Positions 54,275 to 64,000 of a stretch of 64,000 nt of DNA are shown here, piece by piece (the stretch's first letter is position 1; each line of letters opens with the position of its first letter). A program made the position numbers and the translations under genes. The stretch is taken from contig OX597817.1 of the NCBI GenBank assembly GCA_951406725.2, forward strand, positions 29,450,001 through 29,514,000, given 5' to 3'. Source of the stretch: Octopus vulgaris (Eukaryota). Below the pieces are notes generated by a model. The model saw nothing but the letters and a program-made list of their open reading frames with translations. It did no database searches and was not told where the DNA came from.

Positions 54275-54506
54275 TATTTCTTTACTACCCACAAGGGGCT
54301 AAACACAGAGGAGACAAACAAGGATAGACAAAGAGATTAAGTCGATTACATTGACCCCAGTGTGTAACTGGTACTTAATTTATCGACCCCGAAAAGATGA
54401 AAGGCAAAGTTGACCTCGGCGGAATTTGAACTCGGAACGTAACAGCAGACGAAATACGGCTACGCATTTTGCCTGGAATGCTAATGTTTCTACGAGCTCG
54501 CCGCCT
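54275..54506 (-). mobile_element. SINE family B
   Basis: Full head; 16-bp TSD ATAGTGGTTC(A/G)GTATA. Confidence 0.8.
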
Positions 54507-55260
54507 CATAGTGGTTCGGTATAGCCATCTCATGGTGACAGCAGTGAATACATACCTCAAAGTTTAGAACACAAAAACAGATTTTAGAACGATAAACAGA
54601 AAAAAGTTAGAATTAAACAGATTCATTTAAATTAAACAGATTCATTTATAAACACAGTCAACTACAATTTGACAAATACAAAAGATGTCAAAACATTGGA
54701 AAGTTCACCTCATTAACACGGTTTTAAAATTGTTTGTCAAAACATCGATTTTAACTGTGTATATATTTTTGCCCAGTAGTTTTTTCTATTGTTACTTAGA
54801 GTTCAAAATGGCTTCAGAAGTCACTAAAAGAACTTGCTATAGCTAAGGTGTAGTAGTGACAATAACATACACAAATACTCCACTAATTATTTCCAAATAC
54901 TGATGAAAGTTTAAAAAAAAAAAATCAGTCTGAAAATTATACAAACACAGCCTCCAGCATAAACACTTATGTTCAACGAGAGTTAACATAAAAAAGATTG
55001 ATGCTAAAAACATTAGGTTAAACAAAAATTAAGCTGCAAAACTGTGTGAATGGTAACAGTATCATGAACAACAGTATTTCAGCTTTTGCAAACTTTGTAG
55101 ATTATGATGAGCTTCTAGAACCAGCTCCAGGAAATAGAGAAATTTTGCATGTTTGAAGAATAGAATGTGAAAAAAGACAATACCTCCTTGAAGGACAGGC
55201 AGGAAGGAATAACATATCTTTATGCTGTGAATAATAGGGAAAGATTTTTTTATTTCTTAA

Positions 55261-55479
55261 CCCTTTAGTGTTCTGATTATTCTATCAAACATAATGCTTA
55301 TTGATTCACATTGATTTGAAATAATCATGCATTATCTCATATCTTCAAGATTTTGATGGTGTAATTACCTAATGTAGAATAACATTGTAGGGTAGGTGTG
55401 AGAGCCTGGATCTGGTCAGTTTGAACATAAAACAGATTAAATATTTTGGCCAGATATGGCCAGTTTAAATACTAAAGGG
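55261..55479. mobile_element. piggyBac-type MITE
   Basis: TTAA-CCCTTTAGT ... ACTAAAGGG-TTAA. Confidence 0.8.
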
Positions 55480-55766
55480 TTAAAGGAGGAATCTACAACT
55501 TCTAGCAGGAAATGTGTTCACTTGACTGGATCATATCATATAAAAGTATGTGTCTAGTCTTTAAGAGTGATCTGAGAAGGAGGCACGCAGAGTTGGTGTG
55601 ATATGTACCTGTTCATAGGTTGATGATGTAGTACATGGTACATGTATATAAAGTTCCCAATTAGAGATTTTGGTACCGAATCTATACATTCAGGTAACAG
55701 CCCAATGCACTCTGTTACTGACACAATCATGCTTGAACTTATTATCATTATTGTTATTATTATTGT

Positions 55767-56150
55767 TACTCTGCACGCATAAGCAAAAGCAGAATGTTGT
55801 AATCACTCGTCTTTGTTTGTCTGTGTGTTTGTAAAATTACTGCAAAACAGCTGAATGGATTTTGACCACATTTGGCAGAAATACTCATTGGGTGAGTGGC
55901 TTGAAATGATGAAAATTTGGTTTGATTATCTTCAAACATACATAAATACATATGTAGATATGCGACTCTGTGTGTGTGTGTGTGTGTATGTGTGCACATG
56001 TGTGTGTGTGTACAATGATGGATTCGAGTGTTTCGTTTATTTACCAGTTGATTTCTTAATTTCACCTGAGTAAAAATACCTATGATGGTGATAATTAAAA
56101 AAGAAAATTTACCTCCATGCAGGGTATGCATCACCCCTCCGATGCCTTTT
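55767..56150 (+). mobile_element. DINE-1/Helentron-like non-autonomous element
   Basis: Subterminal IR TACTCTGC / GCAGGGTA, GTTT/GTCT tract, 3' hairpin GCATC(acccctcc)GATGC followed by a T-run. Confidence 0.5.
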
Positions 56151-56175
56151 ATTTTCATTGTTGTTGCTGCTACTG

Positions 56176-56207
<32 letters not shown>

Positions 56208-56299
56208 ACTGCTGTTGTTGTTGTAATAAAGTTTCACACTGATTATATAAATGGTTTCTTGCTTTGAGATTTAGTGACAACTCTTCTCAACTCTCAAGA

Positions 56300-58520
56300 A
56301 CGTAGCAGAGAAGTCTTAAAAAATAAAAGCGAAAAATGCAATTCAATTGTTTTGACTTACATTCTTCTTAACTGCTGTCATTCCTAGCACTCCAATAAAA
56401 ATATGAATAATTGTTATTTGCATATTCCAGGGTTTTCTCAGTTCTCTGATCAAGTTGCAATATTTTTCAATCTTCCTTTCCTTTCAGCTTGCTTTTATTA
56501 TCATATTGGAAAGCAGAATCTCTGATCTTGCTTACTGATGTTTCATTATATTTTGAGTATATTTGGGCTTTGTTCCTGTAATACATAGATAGCTGTTTTA
56601 AAGAAGTCTCATAAGATTTTAAAACAGTTATTTTCAATGACAACCAATGGATTTTCCAGTATATTTTCTTATAGCCTGTCATGTTTATTTGCATTCTATC
56701 TTGCTTCATTCATTCAGCTCATGTTCCATAAGCTAACACTCTCTTCTGGTTTTTATTAAGTTTTCTTTAGAAAGGTTTATTCTAACTTCTGGTTCTTGTC
56801 CAGCTGTAAAGAGCTTTTTGTTTCTTTCTTTAGTTCTCCATCTTTCAGTCAAGTACCATATTTTCTCTTTCTATGATTTCTATTTACAAGATAAACTTAC
56901 CATACAACACTTTTACTTTCTTACATTCCATTTTGTTTTTAACTTTGTAAACTCTACCAGCCTCAGTATTTCAGCATAAATTTTCCTGGTTGCTTACACA
57001 AGCTCCAACATTCCTTTCCTAATATATCTCACTAAACCCTCAGTCCTTAGTAATGTGAATTTAAATTTAAATTTTAATCAACATCCCCAGATGTGTGTGT
57101 GTGTGTGTGTTGAAGAGAAATGAAATTATAGAATGGCAATAACGACTGTAAAATATAGACTAAAAGGTAGAAAGTGAAAACGAACTGAAGAAAGAAAAAT
57201 CTCAGAGTAGCAAAGAACAAGATTCCTGTTTATCCTGTCTGCAGTTTATGAGAGTATCAATATGAAAATGTATCAATATGAACCAATGATGGAGTAAATT
57301 ACATCTGATTTACGTATTTCTTCACAAACAAGCATTTTGCATCAGCAAATCACATGACATATTTCTTTTTCATATTCAACGCTCAAGCTAGAATTTAGCC
57401 TGTTAAAAACAAAAGGTAAAAGCAAAGTCTTGCTATCTTTTTAGACTGTAGAACTTCAGTCTCATTCTGCTTTTCATTAGAATTCCCTTATATTTCTATT
57501 CCATTTGGATAATTTTTCTTGTGCAGACTTTTTCTCATTTTTATTTTTTTGCTATGAGTGAGGATGCATAACACACATCTTGGATTAACATCTATTTCTT
57601 TATTGCCCACAGGGGGCTAAACATAGAGGGGACAAACAAGGACAGACAAAGGGATTAAGTCAATTATATCGACCCCAGTGCGTAATTGGTACTTATTTAA
57701 TCGACCCCGAAAGGATGAAAGGGAAAGTCGACCTCGGCGGAATTTGAACTCAGAACGTAGCTGCAGACGAAATACGGCTACACATTTCGCCCGCCGTGCT
57801 AACGGTTCTGCCAGCTCGCCGCCTTCTTGGATTAACATCATCATTATGTGTGTCCTGGCATACATTCTGTAGAATTCACTGAAATCCAAACATTTCAATC
57901 AGATCCTAGGATCCCTCCCAACATTTCTTATGCATGCCAATATTAACTTAGAAATGTTTGAACTGCACACCAGCCACACACAAATCACATCATTTTGGGT
58001 AGGCTTGGTAAATTAATGAGTATGCCAACAAGCACCTGACTAATTAATTGAAAACATTCCGTAATTTCTGGTGCATTATCACAAAGCTGATATTTCCTTC
58101 AGTAGTGCTATTTTCTTTGTTTGGTAACATCAAATCATTGTCTCCACCTCATAACCATGAACCATTATTCACAGCTTCCTTGCACGCTTGTTTATTTCAT
58201 AACTGCAGAATATCTTAGCAATGGTAATTGCTTCAATGCTGATTCTGTTATTTCTTGAAGCTTCTTCAATTTAATTTTATTTTTAGAAGCTTTCTGATTC
58301 TGATTCTGCTCGCACATTCTTTTCTTATTTTATTTCATAATTCATTCTGCTTCATCTCATCATACTGCAGTGCATATCTAAATATTTGTAACCATCATCC
58401 AGCTGGGCTTATCTGGAAAAGTGAACTCTTCAGACAGCTGGAGTTGAAATATTGTGCTTAAAACAGAAGCAATTGCTAAAGAATAGAGCCATGATAGAAA
58501 TTTAAAATACTCATCTGTTG
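56300..58520 (-). pseudogene. Very degraded R4/Dong-like non-LTR retroelement pieces (interrupted)
   Basis: Minus-strand fragments resembling YKYL, RKLLK.KLN, LRYS (58150-58420) and LYGKF, LKDGELKKET, AGQE (56760-56930). Confidence 0.4.
57592..57824 (-). mobile_element. SINE family B
   Basis: Full head; 15-bp TSD TCTTGGATTAACATC. Confidence 0.85.
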
Positions 58521-59317
58521 CTATATTCTTTTACTTGTTTCAGTCATTTGACTGCAGCCATGCTGGAGCACCACCTTTAGTCGAACAAATCGACCCAAGG
58601 ACTTATTTTTTGTAAGCCTTTTACTTATTCTATTGGTTTCTTTTGCTGAACTGCTAAGTTATAGGGACATAAACACATGAGCATCGGTTGTCAAACAATG
58701 GGGGGTTGGAACAAACACACATACATACATATATATCATCATCATCATCATCATCATCATCGTTTAACGTCCACTTTCCATACTAGCATGGGTTGGACGA
58801 TTTGACTGAGGTCTGGCAAACCAGATGGCTGCACCAGACTATATATATATATATATGTGTACATGGAGTAGACGAAACAGGGACAACTGAAGAAGGGGAA
58901 TATTCCTTGTGTTATATGTCTTGTACTCTGTTTTTACATTGTTCATAAAAAGTTTGTTTCTATGTTTTTGTTGTTATGTTTTCGTTTCCCATTGTGTTCA
59001 ACGTTTTTTTTATGTCCTGTACCCATAAATGCATGTATATATACATATATATGTAGGTATGTACATATATGTATGTATATATGCATATATTTATATATTA
59101 CTTATATATATATTTCTGTCTACCAAATCCACTCACAAGGCTTTGATTGACCTGAGGCTATAGTAGAAGACACTTGCCCAAGGTGCCACGCAGTGGACAT
59201 AGTTAATTTTTATATTCTAATTATTTTATAATACTCAAATGCTAAAATATTTAAAATGACACAATAGTGTGTCATTGACCAAGTCATAGATGTACAACAA
59301 AGCATTTTGGTGCTTAA

Positions 59318-60585
<1,268 letters not shown>

Positions 60586-60608
60586 ATACTTGCCTTTTTC
60601 ACCCAATG

Positions 60609-61392
60609 TATTTGCTGGAGATTCTAACAGCACGCTGTCAAGGTATCAGTCGGCCTCCAACAGATCTATGGTCAAGCCTGTAGTAGTTGAGACCTCCAGC
60701 ATTCTTGGCCTCCAGGTGATATCCCTGCACACCATTATCAGAGCGGAAGATTGCTGTCTGCAAGTGCAAGCCCTGTAAGTCAGAGTGGCTGTTCCAATGC
60801 ATCTCCCTTGCTATCCTACAGGGCAATGCCTTTTCCCATTTTGTTTGTTGGTGTCATGAGAAATGTTTCTATTTGCTGGAGATTCTAACAGCACGCTGTC
60901 AAGGTATCAGTCGGCCTCCAACAGATCTATGGTCAAGCCTGTAGTAGTTGAGACCTCCAGCATTCTTGGCCTCCAGGTGATATCCCTGCACACCATTATC
61001 AGAGCGGAGATTGCTATATGCAAGTGCAAGCCCTGTAAGTCAGAGTGGCTGTTCCAATGCATCTCCCTTGCTATCCTACAGGGCAATGCCTTTTCCCATT
61101 TTGTTTGTTGGTGTCATGAGAAATGTTTCTATTTGCTGGAGATTCTAACAGCACGCTGTCAAGGTATCAGTCGGCCTCCAACAGATCTATGGTCAAGCCT
61201 GTAGTAGTTGAGACCTCCAGCATTCTTGGCCTCCAGGTGATATCCCTGCACACCATTATCAGAGCGGAGATTGCTATATGCAAGTGCAAGCCCTGTAAGT
61301 CAGAGTGGCTGTTCCAATGCATCTCCCTTGCTATCCTACAGGGCAATGCCTTTTCCCATTTTGTTTGTTGGTGTCATGAGAAATGTTTCTAT
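60609..61392. repeat. Three tandem copies of a 260-bp unit
   Basis: Units start at 60609, 60870, 61130; units 2 and 3 appear identical, unit 1 has a 1-nt insertion and two substitutions. Confidence 0.95.
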
Positions 61393-61989
61393 ATTGTGAG
61401 AGGCAAGATTCTCCATTAATCTTTCTATTTTGACTTAAATCATGTTTCTCGCAGTCTAAAATTCGAGGTCATCCACAAATATCGTAGGATTGATTCATTC
61501 AATACATTTGGCTAGATGGAAACTTATTTTCTGCTTTAAGTCATATATAAAAAAAAACATGAAACAAAAACGGACAATCAATGTAACAATAAACACAATT
61601 TGGATAATTCTATTTCCATAAAGTACTTCCTTCTATCTAAGTTCTACCCAAATAGATTCTTTACTGCATGCCAAATCAAATTGCTAGCACTTAATGCTTG
61701 ATGTAATATAATATTGCATTCCATCATAGAATCCAAATATTTTCAGGTTCTCTAGGATTTAGCATAAGAGAATCACAATCCATTTTATTGCTATTCTGCC
61801 CATCTTTTATCTTTGTAGTATCATTGTGTCACAACTCAGAATGTCATCTGGTTGTTTCTGAACTCATTTGCCCTTCTTTCTATTATTTATTTATTTATTT
61901 ATTTATGTATTTGTTTACTCATTTATTTATCTTCCATAAATCTAATATATACATCTCACCCATGCTAGCATGAAAAGCTTATATGTAGC

Positions 61990-62771
61990 TTTTAAGCAAC
62001 TGACCCTGAATGGGAAGATCTGCAAACAGATCTCTAACTTGTTTTGGAGAATTTGTTGCAATTGCTTCCTCCAGAGTCATATCCCAACGACAGTCATATT
62101 TGGTGCAAAACTCATGTAAAAAAAAAAAAAAATTGCCAAAAACTATTGCAGTAATAAAAACATAGGAATCCAAAATTTCAGGATTGCAGGTTTGGATTTG
62201 ACTTGGAAAGCCTTTAGTTTATAAAAATCGTAATTCTACAAAAAAATTGTCACAAAAAGTCACATTAAAAAATCGCCGTAAACAATCACAGTAAGGAAAA
62301 TTTGGGAATCCAAAATTTCAGGATTCTGGGTCCGGATTTAGTCAGGAATAATTCTAATTTACTCATGGGGTCAGCCTGATTCCAAAATGCTATGATACGT
62401 TAGGCTATCGCCTCTAGGAGTAAAGTTGTAAAAGTGTGACACACTGACACACTGATATTCACATTTATAATATTATTATATTATATTATATCAAATTATA
62501 TTAAGATACCGAGCTGACAGAATTGTTTGCATGCCAGGCAAAACGATAAGCAGTATTTCATCTGTCATTAGGTTTTGAGTTCAAATTCTGCTAAGGTCGA
62601 CTTTTCCTTTCATCCTTTCGGGGTCAATAAAATTAGTACCAGTTACATATTGGGGTTGATGTAATTGACTTAATCCCTTCCCCAAAAATTTAAGGCCTTG
62701 TTCTTTGAGTAGAAAGGATTTACTAAAGTTGAAAAGTGTGATACACTGACATTCACATTTATTATATTAGA
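61990..62771 (-). mobile_element. Helitron remnant with RepHel peptide fragment; SINE B inserted at 62508-62722
   Basis: WDMTLEEAIATNSPKQVRDLFA resembles the Helitron Rep-helicase linker; TCTAATATAATAAATG 5' end at 62771, similar end at ~63287. Confidence 0.55.
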
Positions 62772-62841
62772 TATGTTTAATTTTGGGGAAACTTTATTTC
62801 AATTAAAGTGTTATTTATATACATATGTGTGTGCGTGTGTG

Positions 62842-62876
<35 letters not shown>

Positions 62877-64000
62877 TAAAGAAATTATAAAATTAAAACA
62901 AAAATGATAATGTTCAGTATGTTGGCCACAGGAATTTCTTTGAAGGAGGCATGCTTAAACAAAAGTTGTACATCATCTCCCTCTTTCTCTTACCTACCCA
63001 CTGTTTCTTTCCCTTTTATTATTACTTCCACTGTCACCATCAGCACTACCACTTTTAATAAAACATCATCAACTCCCCTAAATTTCTTTGTTTTTCTTTC
63101 TCTCCATCTCTTTTTCTTCCTCTCCCTGTCTGTCTTCACCACTGCCCTCGCCGTCTCTATGCCTACTATTACTCTTACCCAATCATGAGGAATAGTAGGA
63201 GTGTCATTTAATAGTGAGATAAGAGGGAGGGGTCTGAGTGTGACACACTGACACACAGAAATCAGGTTTTGCATTTATTATATTAGATATATATATATAT
63301 ATATATATATGTATAGCACACTATGTAAAGCGGTTGGTGTTACAAAAGACATCCAGCCGAAGAAACCATGTGACAACAGACAATTGGAGTCTGGAAACTC
63401 CCTGGTTGGATAACTCACTGGCTGGCCAGCTCCTGTCAAACCATTCAACCCATGCCAGCATGGAAAACAGATGTTAAACGATGGTTATGATGATGATGAT
63501 ATACATCATAGGCATTGGCATAGCTCAGTGGTTAAGAAGTTCACTTCACAACCATGTGACTTTGTATTCAGTCCCACTACACTGGCCCATGGGCAACTCC
63601 TATAGCCCTGAGCAGACCAAAGCCTTATGAGTGACTCTGGCAGACAAAGACTGCATTGTCATATTAGTCTGAATGTGTCTGTCCTTCTTTCTTCATGTCT
63701 TGACTTGTGTGTTAGCTATAAGAGAATATATGCTATTACAAGAGGAGTCCTGTTTGTTGGCAATCTTCCATGAAAACTCATCCAATCTTGAGAAAAATGT
63801 TACCATTTTCGGAAATAGATGAAGGTTGGTGTCAGGAAAAGCATATAGCCATCGGAAAACTGCTTCCATTAATCTCATATAACCCATGCAAGTCTGGAAA
63901 AGTAAAGGTAAAAGTGATGATAAACATAATGATTTTTTGTATATATATGTAGGGCAGTGAGATATATATATATATATATATATTGTTATATTTCGGAATG

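Noticed and set aside
56160-56225. Poly-Ala/poly-Gln ORF from (CTG)n
   Set aside because: Simple trinucleotide repeat with no coding context.
60609-61392. CRISPR-like array
   Set aside because: Head-to-tail 260-bp units with no unique spacers, no cas genes, eukaryotic context.

Overview
AT-rich, repeat-dominated metazoan DNA with no recognisable intact host gene. The SINE families, (TA)n/(CA)n/(CATA)n microsatellite load and LINE mix suggest an octopus (coleoid cephalopod) intron or intergenic region; this is inferred, not searched. Almost all ORFs in the track are microsatellite or SINE read-throughs. Real coding relics are transposon fragments: Penelope-like (RT thumb plus GIY-YIG), RTE, CR1-like, R4/Dong-like, Tc1/mariner and Helitron. 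There are also several MITE families and about five tRNA-derived SINE types. The strongest non-obvious signals are: (1) more than ten minimal type I hammerhead ribozyme motifs from at least eight unrelated Penelope-like or retrozyme-like families, mostly in (TA)n tracts, often mirrored in palindromes up to 1 kb, one with a compensatory G3-C8 core swap; (2) an ungapped 130-bp hairpin with 23 G-U wobbles against 1 A-C mismatch on the + strand, which looks like either a retro-fixed ADAR hyper-editing fossil or a selected rod-like RNA. All alignments and folds were done by eye, so boundaries are approximate.
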